Positions 17,539-30,358 are shown, numbered from the stretch's first letter. The stretch: DNA of 64,000 nt from a bacterium (GCA_031401035.1 JANNRA010000127.1:4001-68000); one strand, 5' to 3'. The notes: generated from the sequence alone by a model not told the origin. Numbers and translations: made by a program.

Positions 17539-20500
17539 TTGCGCATGCGCCGATCTCGCCCAGTCTTCCGCCTGCTCGCCCTCGCCGTCGTCGTCTCCAC
17601 GGCGCTGGCCGGCGCAACCCTGCTGTGGCTGACACATACAGATGGTGGGCACGCCTGGCTGCTGGCCCGCCTCACCGCGTTGGCCGGACCGAACGTGCAC
17701 TTTGCCGACGCGCGGGTGACGCCATGGCCCCCACCGCTGGTCCTCAGCCTCGACGCGGTCGAGCTGCGCACACCCGATGGCGGTGTCGTGGCAGGCGCCG
17801 CGCACGTCCACCTGCGACTGCGCCTGGGCGCACTCCTCGCCGGTCGCGTCGTGCTGTCCGACGTGGGCATCGACGGATTGCAGGCGACGGTCAGCCGCGC
17901 CGCGGACGGCGCCGTGTCGCTCGGCGCTCGCCGGCTCGATGGCGCCGGCAGCGGCGGCGCGGCGGTCGCCCTGCCGGTGCCCCTGCCGCGCCTCGAACTG
18001 CGCGATGCCGCGCTGGCGCTGCGTGACGACAGCGGCGCGGCGCCGCGCACGCTGGCGCTGACCGACCTCGACGCGACGCTCGAGCCGCATGACGCTGCGG
18101 CGCACCTGACCCTCAGCGCACGCTCCGACGCGCTCGGCACCCTGCGCGCCAGCGGCGAGATCGGCGACCTGGCGGCAGGCGCGGGCGCGACGTTGCACCT
18201 CGCCGTCGAGGCCGACGATGCCGCGGGCGCTGCCGCCATGCTGCGGGCCGCGCTCGCACCGCAGCTCCCGGCGGTCCCCCTCGACGCGCCGCTGCGCCTG
18301 GTGCTCACCTTCGACGGCAGCCCGGCGGCGGGCGACGTCAGGTTGGTCTCCGAGCTCGCCAGCGGCAGCGTACCCTGGGACACGTTCACCGTGCAGGCGC
18401 CGGTGGCGCTGCATCTGCAAGGGCGCTGGCGCGAGGGCGGCCTCGAGCCGACGGCCGGCACCGTGGCGGTGGCGCATGTGCGCGCGAAACGGCTCGTCGC
18501 CACCGACGTGCGCGCCACCCTCGCCTGGGCTGATGGCACGCCGAGCGTGCGCGGCGTGCGCTGGCACGCGCTCGGCGGCAACTGGATCCAGCACGGCCGC
18601 GTGACGCTGAGCGACCCACCGCAACTCGACGGCGGCGTGCAGGCCGAGGGCGTCGACGGCGCCGCCCTCGCCGAGGCAGCGCGCGGCCTGCTCAGCCCCG
18701 CGGCTGGGCCGCTGCACCTGGAGGGACCGGTGCGGCTGGCGTTCGCCGGGCGCGGCACGCTCGGCGCGGCCTTCACCGGTCACGTCGACGCCACACTGGC
18801 CAGCGGCTCGGCAACCTGGGCGGCGGCGCGGCTGGGCGCGCCGCTGGCGTTCAGCGCCGAGGTCGCCGCGCACGGCACCCAGGTGCAGGTAGCCAACGCC
18901 CAGGTGCGCGCGGCGACCGCCGGCTATGCCGAGATCGAGGCGAGCGAGCTGGCGATGCGCGGCGGCGTCGCCAATCAGGTGCTGCAGATCGCGTCATGCA
19001 CGGCCAGGGTGTTCGACGGCACCCTCGCGGCGTCCGGCGAGATACCCTTGGCCTCGGACAACTGTGCGACCGATGCGCAGACCAGCCCGCCAGCCAGTCG
19101 GAGGCCAGCGCCGAGCCGCGGCCGGCCGAGTGTCGCGCAGCCGGCCGGGCGGGCGACCGGCCCGGCGATTGCGCGGGCGAACGCCAGGGCGCCGGCGCGG
19201 GGCGGTGCCTGCGCGCCGACCGGCCGCATCACCCTGACCGGCGTCAACGCGGCCCGCCTCGCACACGCGGCGCTGACCGGCAACGCCGCGGCCGACGGCG
19301 CCGCCGGTGCGGTCGACCTCAACGCGACGCTCGACGCACGCGGCATCGGCACGCTGGACTTGCGCCTCGCTTCCCCGGCCCTGACCCTCGGCGACCTGCG
19401 CATCGATGCGCCGGCCAGCGCCAGCGCCGCCGTGGCCTGGCAGGGCGGTGCCCCGCGCCTGACAGGCGGCATCGCCCGTCTCGGCACGCTCGGCTACGAC
19501 GGCGTCACCGCGCGCAACGTCAACACCGCCTTCGCCAGCGCCCCCGGCGGCGGCCTGCGTATCGGACCGCTCACCGCGACGGCGATGGACGGCGCCTGGA
19601 CGGTGGACGCGACCGTATCGCGCCAGCGCATCGACGCCACGCTCAAGACGCGGCGGGTCGACTTCGACGAGATGCTCGCCGCCATGGCCGACGGACCGGA
19701 ATCGCCGGACGCGGTATCCGCCGTCGCCTCGCTGCAGCTGACGCTGTCGCGGCCGCGCGGCGGCGCCAGCACGGCGACAGGCGAGGTGACGCTACACTCC
19801 GGCCGCTTCTTGTACGACGAGCTCAGCGTCGACGGCCCGGCCCGCGCTGCCGGCGCGCTGCGTGTCGACGGTACACGGCTGACGCTCAGCGGCATCGACG
19901 CCAGCGCCGCCGCCGCCGCCTATCCGCCGCTGCGCGGCCGCGCCGCCACCGCCCGTTTCGATTTCGGCGACGCACGCCTGCGTTTCGCCGATCTGCGGCT
20001 GGCCGCCTACGGCGGACAATGGCAGTACGCCGGAGACATCGGGCTGGCCGCGCCCTGGCCAATCAGCGGCACGCTGACGGCGAGCGGCGCCGATCCGCGC
20101 CAGGTGCTGACCATGGTCGGCATGAACCCCGCGACGCTCGACATCCCGTCGATGGATCTGCGTGGCCAGTTCACCGGCGTCCTCGCCGGCGACTGGCGCC
20201 AGGCCCTGCGCGGCGACGGCAGTCTGGCGCTGCACGGCGGCTCGATCGTCTCGACGGCGCTGCTGCGCTCCATCCTCGCCGGCCTGCTACCGGGGCACCA
20301 CTTCGCCGCCCGCCTCGACCAGCCGAACCGCCTGACCAGCCTGACGGAGAGCTTTACCGTCGCCGACGCCGGCATGCGGACCAGCGACCTGCGCGTCGTC
20401 AGCCAGGACTACAGCTTCAGCGGCGCCGGTCGCATCGGCTTCGACGGCAGCCTCGACCTGGCCGGGCCGGTGACCCTGACCGCGCACGGCATGCAGAAGA

Positions 20501-20766
20501 TGTTCGCCCTCAGCGCCCTGCGGCTGCCGACCGGCGACCTGCCGCCGCTGCCGCCGATCCCGGCCCACTTCGGCGGCACGCTGGCACACCCCTCGGTCCG
20601 CCCCGACCTCACCGCCCTACCCGGCGCGACGGCGCGCTGGTTCGTCGATGCTCTGATCGGCGTACCGCGCTCGATCGGCGAAGCCATCGGCCGTCCGGTG
20701 GGACGCTTCCTCGACGAGCTGCGCGGCATGGTCACGTCGACGCCGCCGACGCCGCCGCCGAACTGA
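17539..20766 (+). CDS. AsmA family protein (large envelope lipid-transfer/assembly protein)
   Basis: 1075 aa with an N-terminal TM anchor (VFRLLALAVVVSTALAGATLLWL), a long beta-rich repetitive body and an AsmA-like C-terminal region (SDLRVVSQDYSFSGAGRIGFDGSLDLAGPVTL). Confidence 0.7.
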   Translation: MRMRRSRPVFRLLALAVVVSTALAGATLLWLTHTDGGHAWLLARLTALAGPNVHFADARVTPWPPPLVLSLDAVELRTPDGGVVAGAAHVHLRLRLGALLAGRVVLSDVGIDGLQATVSRAADGAVSLGARRLDGAGSGGAAVALPVPLPRLELRDAALALRDDSGAAPRTLALTDLDATLEPHDAAAHLTLSARSDALGTLRASGEIGDLAAGAGATLHLAVEADDAAGAAAMLRAALAPQLPAVPLDAPLRLVLTFDGSPAAGDVRLVSELASGSVPWDTFTVQAPVALHLQGRWREGGLEPTAGTVAVAHVRAKRLVATDVRATLAWADGTPSVRGVRWHALGGNWIQHGRVTLSDPPQLDGGVQAEGVDGAALAEAARGLLSPAAGPLHLEGPVRLAFAGRGTLGAAFTGHVDATLASGSATWAAARLGAPLAFSAEVAAHGTQVQVANAQVRAATAGYAEIEASELAMRGGVANQVLQIASCTARVFDGTLAASGEIPLASDNCATDAQTSPPASRRPAPSRGRPSVAQPAGRATGPAIARANARAPARGGACAPTGRITLTGVNAARLAHAALTGNAAADGAAGAVDLNATLDARGIGTLDLRLASPALTLGDLRIDAPASASAAVAWQGGAPRLTGGIARLGTLGYDGVTARNVNTAFASAPGGGLRIGPLTATAMDGAWTVDATVSRQRIDATLKTRRVDFDEMLAAMADGPESPDAVSAVASLQLTLSRPRGGASTATGEVTLHSGRFLYDELSVDGPARAAGALRVDGTRLTLSGIDASAAAAAYPPLRGRAATARFDFGDARLRFADLRLAAYGGQWQYAGDIGLAAPWPISGTLTASGADPRQVLTMVGMNPATLDIPSMDLRGQFTGVLAGDWRQALRGDGSLALHGGSIVSTALLRSILAGLLPGHHFAARLDQPNRLTSLTESFTVADAGMRTSDLRVVSQDYSFSGAGRIGFDGSLDLAGPVTLTAHGMQKMFALSALRLPTGDLPPLPPIPAHFGGTLAHPSVRPDLTALPGATARWFVDALIGVPRSIGEAIGRPVGRFLDELRGMVTSTPPTPPPN

Positions 20767-20811
20767 CGACGTTTTGCGAGGCCGCATCGCTTTGCTACGA
20801 ACGCGGCTGCC

Positions 20812-21942
20812 ATGCCAGCCGCCGAGTTCGCCCTCGCTCGCCCCACCGCCGACCGGCTCGTCGTGCAGCTCGGCGGACCGTGGACGATGAGCGGCGGCAT
20901 CCCCGACGCGGCCGCGCTCGAGCAGGCGCTCGGCAACGGCGCGCCGCCGCGCACCATCGGTTTCGAGGCCGCCGACCTCGGCGAGTGGGACAGCGCGCTG
21001 CTCATCTTCCTGACGCGCCTCGCCGAGCTCGCCGGCACGCGCGGAGTCACCATCGATCGCTCCGGACTGCCGGAGGGGGTGCAGCGACTGCTGTCCCTCG
21101 CCGAAGCGGTGCCCGAACGCCAGGGCGCCCGCGGCGGCGGCGACGCGGCACCGTTCCTGGCGCGGGTCGGACTGGCAGCGCAGAGCGCCGTCACGACGGC
21201 GGGCGAGTTCGTGACGTTCCTCGGCCTCCTCACCATCGCCTTCGGCGCCCTGCTGCGGCGCCGCGCGCGCTTCCGCTGGAGCGACCTGCTGCTGTTCATC
21301 CAGCAGGCCGGCCCCGAGGCGCTGCCGATCGTCACCCTGATCGCCTTCCTGGTCGGCGTCATCATGGCCTTCGTCGGCGCCATCCAACTGCAGAAGTTCG
21401 GCGCTGCGATCTTCATCGCCGACCTGGTCGGCATCGCCGTCGTGCGCGAGATGGGCGCTCTGATGACCGGCATCGTCATGGCCGGCCGCACCGGCGCCGC
21501 CTTCGCTGCCCAGCTCGGGACGATGAAGGTGACGCAGGAGATCGATGCGCTGACGACCATGGGCATCGATCCGCTCGAGTTCCTGGTCCTGCCGCGCGCC
21601 CTGGCGCTGATGCTGATGATGCCGCTGCTCGCCCTCTACGCCAACCTCATCGGCGTCATCGGCGGCGCGGTGATCGCCGCCGGCATGCTCGACATCAACC
21701 CCCTGGTCTATTTCCGCGAGCTCGTCCGCGCCGTCAGCCTCACCGACCTGCTCGGCGGCGTCTTCAAGGCCTCCGTGTACGGCGTGCTGATCGCCATCGC
21801 CGGCTGCCTGCGCGGCATGCAGTCCGGCAGCAGCGCCTCGGCGGTCGGCGACGCCGCCACCTCCGCCGTCGTCACCGGCATCGTCCTCATCGTCTGCGCC
21901 TGCGGCCTCTTCGCCGTCCTCTTCTACGTGCTGGGCATCTGA
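20812..21942 (+). CDS. mlaE: MlaE-family ABC permease with an N-terminal STAS (MlaB-like) domain
   Basis: The C-terminal roughly 260 aa is a typical MlaE (MKVTQEIDALTTMGIDP). The N-terminal roughly 110 aa looks STAS-like (LVVQLGGPWTM...IGFEAADLGEWDSALLIFL). Confidence 0.85.
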   Translation: MPAAEFALARPTADRLVVQLGGPWTMSGGIPDAAALEQALGNGAPPRTIGFEAADLGEWDSALLIFLTRLAELAGTRGVTIDRSGLPEGVQRLLSLAEAVPERQGARGGGDAAPFLARVGLAAQSAVTTAGEFVTFLGLLTIAFGALLRRRARFRWSDLLLFIQQAGPEALPIVTLIAFLVGVIMAFVGAIQLQKFGAAIFIADLVGIAVVREMGALMTGIVMAGRTGAAFAAQLGTMKVTQEIDALTTMGIDPLEFLVLPRALALMLMMPLLALYANLIGVIGGAVIAAGMLDINPLVYFRELVRAVSLTDLLGGVFKASVYGVLIAIAGCLRGMQSGSSASAVGDAATSAVVTGIVLIVCACGLFAVLFYVLGI

Positions 21943-21943
21943 G

Positions 21944-22750
21944 ATGGCGACCACCGGCCCCGCCGCACTCGCCGCCGGCACGACGCCGCGCATCGCCGTC
22001 AGCGACCTGACCATGGCCTTCGGCAGCTTCGTGCTCATGCGCGACCTGACGTTCACCGTCGAGCAGCGCGACATCTTCATCATCATGGGCGGCTCGGGCT
22101 GCGGTAAGAGCACGCTGCTGCGCCACCTCATCGGTCTGATCGAGCCGGCCAAGGGCGACATCGCCTACGACGGCCGCAGCTTCACCGGCGCCGGCCTGCC
22201 GGAACGCGAGCAGACACTGCGCCGCCTCGGCATTCTCTACCAGAGCGGCGCCCTCTTCAGCTCCATGACGCTGGCGGAGAACGTCGGGCTGCCGCTCGGT
22301 GAGTTCACGCGTCTGACCGCCGCCGAGGTGCGCGAGGTGGCGGCGCTCAAGCTGGCGCTGGTCGGTCTCAAGGGCTTCGAGGACTTCTACCCGTCGCAGA
22401 TCAGCGGCGGCATGCAGAAGCGCGCCGGCCTGGCGCGCGCCATGGCGCTCGACCCCGACATCCTGTTCTTCGACGAGCCGTCGGCCGGACTCGACCCGAT
22501 CAGCTCCCGCCTGCTCGACGAGCTCATCCTCGAGCTGCGCGACAGCCTCGGAGCGACGATCGTCGTCGTCACGCACGAGTTGGCCAGCATCTTCACCATC
22601 GGCAACAACTGCATCTTCCTCGACGTCGACAGCCGCACCGCCATCGCGCATGGCGACCCGAAAGAGCTGCGCGACCATTCCGACCAGCCGGCGGTGCGGC
22701 GCTTCCTGCGCCGTGGCGCGGAAGAAACGGAGACTCCGCCGCATGGGTAA
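21944..22750 (+). CDS. mlaF: MlaF-family ABC ATP-binding protein
   Basis: Walker A GGSGCGKST, signature ISGGMQKR, Walker B ILFFDEPSAGLD. The start is 2 nt after the mlaE stop. Confidence 0.9.
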   Translation: MATTGPAALAAGTTPRIAVSDLTMAFGSFVLMRDLTFTVEQRDIFIIMGGSGCGKSTLLRHLIGLIEPAKGDIAYDGRSFTGAGLPEREQTLRRLGILYQSGALFSSMTLAENVGLPLGEFTRLTAAEVREVAALKLALVGLKGFEDFYPSQISGGMQKRAGLARAMALDPDILFFDEPSAGLDPISSRLLDELILELRDSLGATIVVVTHELASIFTIGNNCIFLDVDSRTAIAHGDPKELRDHSDQPAVRRFLRRGAEETETPPHG

Positions 22751-23723
22751 GAAAGCCAATCCCGCCGTCGTCGGCGCCTTCGTCCTCGGCGCCCTCGCCC
22801 TCGCCGTCCTCGGCGTGCTGGTCTTCGGCTCCGGCCGCTTCTTCAAGACCACGAACCAGTGGGTGATGTTCTTCCCCGGCTCGATCAACGGCCTGAGTAT
22901 CGGCGCGCCGGTCAAGTTCCGCGGCGTCGAGTTCGGCACCGTGACCGACATCAAACTGGTCATCGCACCCAGCAGTACCGACCAGCAGGTGTCGATCCCC
23001 GTCTATGTCGAGACCGACCCGAGCAAGGTCGACTTCTTGGACAAGGGGTTGCAGATCGCCAATGCCCAGACGCTGGCCGAGTTGGTGCAGCGTGGGCTGC
23101 GCGCCCAGCTGCAAACGCAGAGTCTGCTCACCGGCCTGCTCTTCGTCCAGGTCGATTTCTTTCCCGACACGCCGGAGAGGTATGTCCTGCCGCAGCCCTC
23201 CGACCCGCCGGAGGTGCCGACCACCGAGACGACGCTGGAGCAGGCGACGACGGCGGCGCGCGAGATCATCAACGAGTTGCGCGCCATCAAGTTCGGGCCG
23301 ATGGTGCAGGAGGCGTCCGAGGCTCTGCGGGGCATCAACCAACTGGTCAACGACCCGGCGATCAAGCAGGCGATCGGGAAGCTGCCGGGCACGGTGCAGT
23401 CGTTGAACGCGGCGATGGGCGAGGCGCGCGCCCTGGTGGCACGGCTCGACGGTGTCGTCGCGCCATTGGTGGGTCAGGTGGACACGACGCTGGCGCAGAC
23501 GCAGCGCACACTGTCGTCGATCGAACAGACGGCGGGTAACGCCAACACGTTGATCGCCCCAGGCTCGCCGCTCGACCACGACCTGCGCCGCGCGCTGCAG
23601 GAGCTCGGGCGGGCGGCGCAGGCGATTCAACTCCTCGCCGACTATCTCGAGCGCAACCCGAGCGCGGTGCTCTTCGGCAAGTCCGTCACCGAGGCGCCGA
23701 CGCCAGCAGAGGTCACCAAATGA
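22743..23723 (+). CDS. MCE/MlaD-family substrate-binding protein
   Basis: N-terminal TM segment (AVVGAFVLGALALAVLGVLVF), an MCE domain (GLSIGAPVKFRGVEFGTVTDI) and a helical C-terminus. Its ATG overlaps the mlaF stop (ATGGGTAA). Confidence 0.88.
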   Translation: MGKKANPAVVGAFVLGALALAVLGVLVFGSGRFFKTTNQWVMFFPGSINGLSIGAPVKFRGVEFGTVTDIKLVIAPSSTDQQVSIPVYVETDPSKVDFLDKGLQIANAQTLAELVQRGLRAQLQTQSLLTGLLFVQVDFFPDTPERYVLPQPSDPPEVPTTETTLEQATTAAREIINELRAIKFGPMVQEASEALRGINQLVNDPAIKQAIGKLPGTVQSLNAAMGEARALVARLDGVVAPLVGQVDTTLAQTQRTLSSIEQTAGNANTLIAPGSPLDHDLRRALQELGRAAQAIQLLADYLERNPSAVLFGKSVTEAPTPAEVTK

Positions 23724-24319
23724 CTCCTCGCCACTTGTCCGCCCGCCGCGCGCGGGTCCTTGCCGCCCTCGCCGCCGCACTGCTACTCGGTGGCTGCACC
23801 CTGATCAGCGGTCCGCAGGTGCCGCCGACCGAGTTCTTCGTCCTCAACACGACCGCGCCGGCCAGCGGTGGCCCGACGGCGCTCGCCATCGGCCTCGGGC
23901 CGCTGTCGTTCCCCGAGTATCTCGGCCGTCCGCAGGTCGCGACGCGCCTCGATGCCAACCGCATCGCCTACTCCGAGGTCAATCGTTGGGCCGAACCCCT
24001 GCAACAGAACTTCGCCCGCGCCCTGGCCGGCGATCTCGTTCAGGTCACCGGCGCGGAGCGCATCGAAATCTTCCCGTGGTACAACACCGCGCGGTTCGAT
24101 TTTCTGGTCGAGATGGCCGTGGTGCGTTTCGAGCAGCAGGTGCAGGGCGAAGCGGAGCTGGTCGCCCACTGGACGCTGCGCAGTGGCGCCGGAGCGACCA
24201 TCGCCTCGCGTACCACCTCGCTGCGCCGCATCGCCGAGACGCCGGATCAGTCGGCCGCGGCGTTGAGCGAGTTGATCGCGCAGCTTGCCGCCGAGATCGC
24301 TGCGGCGATGGGACACTGA
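23720..24319 (+). CDS. PqiC/YmbA-like (DUF330) ABC-transport auxiliary lipoprotein
   Basis: Lipobox LLLGGC. The size (199 aa) and the position after the MCE gene are typical, and there is a 4-nt overlap with the MCE gene. Confidence 0.8.
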   Translation: MTPRHLSARRARVLAALAAALLLGGCTLISGPQVPPTEFFVLNTTAPASGGPTALAIGLGPLSFPEYLGRPQVATRLDANRIAYSEVNRWAEPLQQNFARALAGDLVQVTGAERIEIFPWYNTARFDFLVEMAVVRFEQQVQGEAELVAHWTLRSGAGATIASRTTSLRRIAETPDQSAAALSELIAQLAAEIAAAMGH

Positions 24320-24367
24320 ACCTGGCGGCGCCCCGCCGGGGGGGCTGAAAATGGAGGGCGGCGCCCC

Positions 24368-25945
24368 CTACTCCGCCAGCACCAACGTCGCCGCCACGTC
24401 CCCGCTGGTTGCGGTGTTCGCCGCCGGGATCGGCACCACCAACGCGGCGCCACCGGGGGTACGCCAGTTGCGGCAGTCAAAGGCGGTACCGCTGGTGCTC
24501 AGCGTCACCAGCGGCGTGCCGTTCGCATCGACGATGTCCGCGGTCCCCTGCGCGGTGGTCAGCACGGCGCTGAACTCGCTGCCGAAGCGGGCGCCGAAGC
24601 AGTCGCTCGGCGTCGCGTTGGCGGGCAGGACGAGCAGCGCCATCGGCGCCCGCAGGGACGCCGCGCCGGTGCCGGCCGGTAGGCCGAGGCCGGTATCGGA
24701 GCTGATGCGCCCAGTGGCGGCGTCGGCGAAGGCGCGCACGTCCTGGGCCGTGCCGCCGTCGCAGTCGAGTACGCCGCCGCTGCCGCGGGCGAGGATCTTG
24801 CCGCACAGCACCGACCCGTCGGCGATGGTGAGGCCGAAGCGCATGTCCTCGCGCAGCGTCAGGGGATGCACGCCGTCGCCGAGATCGACGCCGGCGCAGA
24901 TGCGCAGCGGGTCGGCGATCCACGGATCGACGCTGGCGTCGCCGGCCAGGGCGGTGGTGAACAGGGCGCTGTCGGGCCGCGTCGGCGTGAAGACGCGTTC
25001 GCCGAGGCCATCGCCGCAATCGAACGGCACCTCGCCGGCGACGCGAATGACGATCTCGCGCGCTGCGCTGACGTTGCCCTGGACGTCGCGGACGCGCGCC
25101 GCGACGATCGTGTCGCCCGGCGGGAACGACCAGGCTTTGGCGATCGGCAGGCAGAACTGCGCCGTGGTGGCGGGGTCGACGAAGCTGAAGAGGGCGCCGA
25201 CGTCGCGGGTGCAGGCGTTGTCCTGACCGGTGCGCGCCTGCGGTTGGCCAGTGCCGTCGTTGACCCGGCAGCCGAGATCGGCGATCGCGTCGACGACGCC
25301 TGGGGCGCTGCTGAACACCGGCGGGTCGACGCCCGGGATACCGCCGATGATCGGCGGATCGTAATCGCAGACGGCCAGGCTGCCGTCACCGAGCGAACGC
25401 GACACCAGAAACTCGACCCCTGGCGGTAGACCGCCCGGGTTGTACGCGGACGTCGCGACGGGGAACGACCCGCGCCGTCCCTCGACCACCAACGTCATGC
25501 CCTGCCCCTGCGCGCGCTCGAAGATCGGCCGCCCTTGCGCATCGACCGCCGAGGGTTCCTGCACCAGGTCGTCGGCGCGGGCAATGCCGAAGTAGGTGAG
25601 CTCCGGCGGACGCGGCGTCGCCGTGGGTGTGGGAGTCAGCGAACTGGTCGGTGTCAGGCTGACGGTCGGGGTCGCGCTGCCGGTCGCCGTCTGCGACGGC
25701 GGTATCGTCACCGTGGCGGTAGCCGCCGCGGTGGCCGGCGGCACTGTCGCGCTCGGCGCCGGGACGCTGGCGGTGGCGGTCGCGGGCACGGTGGCGGTCG
25801 CCGAGACCGTCGCCACGGCCGTGCGGGTTCCCGTCGCCGCCGTCGTGGGCGTGGCCGTCGCCCGCGGCGTGTCATCGCTGTCCCCACAGCCCATCGCCAG
25901 CGCCAGCGCCGGCGCCAGCAGCACCTTCCCCAGTCGTCGATGCAT
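24368..25945 (-). CDS. Hypothetical secreted lipoprotein with an N-terminal Thr/Pro/Ala-rich linker and a Cys-containing globular domain
   Basis: Lipobox ALAMGC, followed by about 90 aa of low-complexity T/P/A linker and about 410 aa of Cys-containing globular sequence. The start is set at the internal ATG 25945. I recognise no family. Confidence 0.6.
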   Translation of the reverse strand: MHRRLGKVLLAPALALAMGCGDSDDTPRATATPTTAATGTRTAVATVSATATVPATATASVPAPSATVPPATAAATATVTIPPSQTATGSATPTVSLTPTSSLTPTPTATPRPPELTYFGIARADDLVQEPSAVDAQGRPIFERAQGQGMTLVVEGRRGSFPVATSAYNPGGLPPGVEFLVSRSLGDGSLAVCDYDPPIIGGIPGVDPPVFSSAPGVVDAIADLGCRVNDGTGQPQARTGQDNACTRDVGALFSFVDPATTAQFCLPIAKAWSFPPGDTIVAARVRDVQGNVSAAREIVIRVAGEVPFDCGDGLGERVFTPTRPDSALFTTALAGDASVDPWIADPLRICAGVDLGDGVHPLTLREDMRFGLTIADGSVLCGKILARGSGGVLDCDGGTAQDVRAFADAATGRISSDTGLGLPAGTGAASLRAPMALLVLPANATPSDCFGARFGSEFSAVLTTAQGTADIVDANGTPLVTLSTSGTAFDCRNWRTPGGAALVVPIPAANTATSGDVAATLVLAE

Positions 25946-26107
25946 CAGCCTCGCCCCTCCCAAGGGAGCCTTATGCTGCCGCGCCCAATAATGGTAACGC
26001 GTGCGGGATCGCGCGTCGGCAGCGGCGCCCTGCAAGACCCGACGCGGCGCCGGCGTGCCGGCCGGTGGCTTGCCCTGCGACCGGATTCCGAGGCATGTAC
26101 GAGGGCT

Positions 26108-27724
<1,617 letters not shown>

Positions 27725-27749
27725 CTCGGGCCGCGGCCGAACTCCCCGT

Positions 27750-27831
27750 GGAGGGCGCCGCCCCGTCGGCGCCTGTTGTATGCGATCACCGGGGACCGTG
27801 TGCAACAGGCGCCGACGGAGCGGCGCCCTCC
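27750..27831. repeat. Palindromic intergenic element, copy B of the GGAGGGCGCC family
   Basis: The left arm is ggagggcgccgccccgtcggcgcctgttg (27750-27778), the loop is 24 nt, and the right arm is caacaggcgccgacggagcggcgccctcc (27803-27831), with one mismatch. It lies between the convergent prfC and ahcY genes. Confidence 0.75.
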
Positions 27832-27850
27832 ATGGGTCTGGAACGCTGCC

Positions 27851-29323
<1,473 letters not shown>

Positions 29324-29381
29324 CTGTCCTCCTTCGATGATGCGTTGATCACGGGCGCGGCGGTAGCCGTGCCCGCACTGC

Positions 29382-30341
29382 CTACGGGGCGATTCCCTCG
29401 CGCCGCGCCGTGGCGACAAACAGCGCCGGGCCCTTGGCCGCCGCCTCGACCGGCAGGGCCTGTACGCGTGCCCGCGCGAAGCCCGCCTGCCCGAGCCAAT
29501 CGAGCAGCTGCCGCGGCGCGAAACCGAGCCAGACGTGACCCATCTGCTGGCGATATTCGACGTGCTCGTGCTGCGCCATGTCGATCAGCAGCAGGCGCCC
29601 GCCCGGACGCAGCGCACGCGCCGCCTCGCGCAACACCGCCGCCGGGTCGGCGACATGATGCAGCACGAGACAGATCACCGCCGCGTCGAGGCCGCCGTCG
29701 TCGATCGGCAGCGCCTCCAGTTCGCCGCGCCGCAGCTCGACATTGGCCAGGTCGGTGAAGCGGCGCCGCGCCGCGCCCAGCATGGCACGCGAGCTCTCGA
29801 CCGCGATCACCTGGTGCACGAAGGGCGCCACCGTCGCGGCGATCTGCCCGGTGCCGCAGCCGAGATCGCCGATCGTCCAGTCGTCGTCGAGAAGCCCAGC
29901 CAGGCCGACGAGATCGAAACGGTCGCCGAACATGTCGCGGCGCACCCGATCCCACTGCCCGGCGGCGCTGCCGAAGAACGCCTGCGAGCGCGTCCGCCGC
30001 CCCGCCAGCACGCTCCCCAGGCGACGATCGTCCTGCTCGGCCAGGCCGCCCTGCGCCGTCTGCTCGCGCAACAACACCCACAGCCGTCGCGCCGCCGGAT
30101 CGAGCTGCGCCGACGCCAGCCGATAGAGGCGGCTGGTCCCCTCGGAGCGCGCCGCCAGCCAGCCGTCGTCGACCAGCACCTTGATGTGCCGGCTGACGGT
30201 CGACTGCGGCAGCTGCAGCACCGTGCACAATTCGGCCACCGCCAACTCGTGCCGTTCGACCAGACGCAACAGGCGCGCCCGCGTCGCATCGGCGAGCGAC
30301 GTCATCCAGCCGAACATCGGCGCAACCGCGGTCGTATTCAT
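29382..30341 (-). CDS. sahR: ArsR-type HTH fused to a SAM-methyltransferase-fold domain (SahR-like SAH-responsive regulator)
   Basis: The N-terminus has an ArsR wHTH ([24 protein letters not shown]). The C-terminus has class I MTase motif I ([10 protein letters not shown]). It lies directly upstream of ahcY on the same strand. Confidence 0.7.
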   Translation of the reverse strand: MNTTAVAPMFGWMTSLADATRARLLRLVERHELAVAELCTVLQLPQSTVSRHIKVLVDDGWLAARSEGTSRLYRLASAQLDPAARRLWVLLREQTAQGGLAEQDDRRLGSVLAGRRTRSQAFFGSAAGQWDRVRRDMFGDRFDLVGLAGLLDDDWTIGDLGCGTGQIAATVAPFVHQVIAVESSRAMLGAARRRFTDLANVELRRGELEALPIDDGGLDAAVICLVLHHVADPAAVLREAARALRPGGRLLLIDMAQHEHVEYRQQMGHVWLGFAPRQLLDWLGQAGFARARVQALPVEAAAKGPALFVATARREGIAP

Positions 30342-30344
30342 CCG

Positions 30345-30358
30345 TCAATCCGGATTGA
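30345..30358. promoter_or_regulatory. Perfect 14-bp palindrome TCAATCCGGATTGA, a candidate operator at the sahR start
   Basis: Read directly from the sequence. It lies 4-17 nt upstream of the sahR ATG (30341), inside the 69-bp gap after the kinase gene. Confidence 0.4.

Noticed and set aside
15936-18776. 946-aa ORF on the minus strand
   Set aside because: Only the C-terminal 485 aa (from GTG 17393) look like a real protein (HpnJ-like). The N-terminal 460 aa are Ala/Arg/Ser/Pro low-complexity sequence and lie antisense to the well-supported AsmA gene. This is a typical stop-free shadow frame in roughly 70% GC DNA.
18996-22010. 1004-aa ORF on the + strand
   Set aside because: It is extremely Arg/Pro/Gly/Ala-rich, with no motifs. 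It sits in an alternative frame over the AsmA and MlaE genes, whose own frames show clear family signatures.
29324-29381. SAH riboswitch upstream of ahcY
   Set aside because: The spacer is only 58 nt, most of it Shine-Dalgarno sequence plus a short GC stem. That is too short for the SAH riboswitch pseudoknot fold, and a protein regulator (SahR-like) is present instead.
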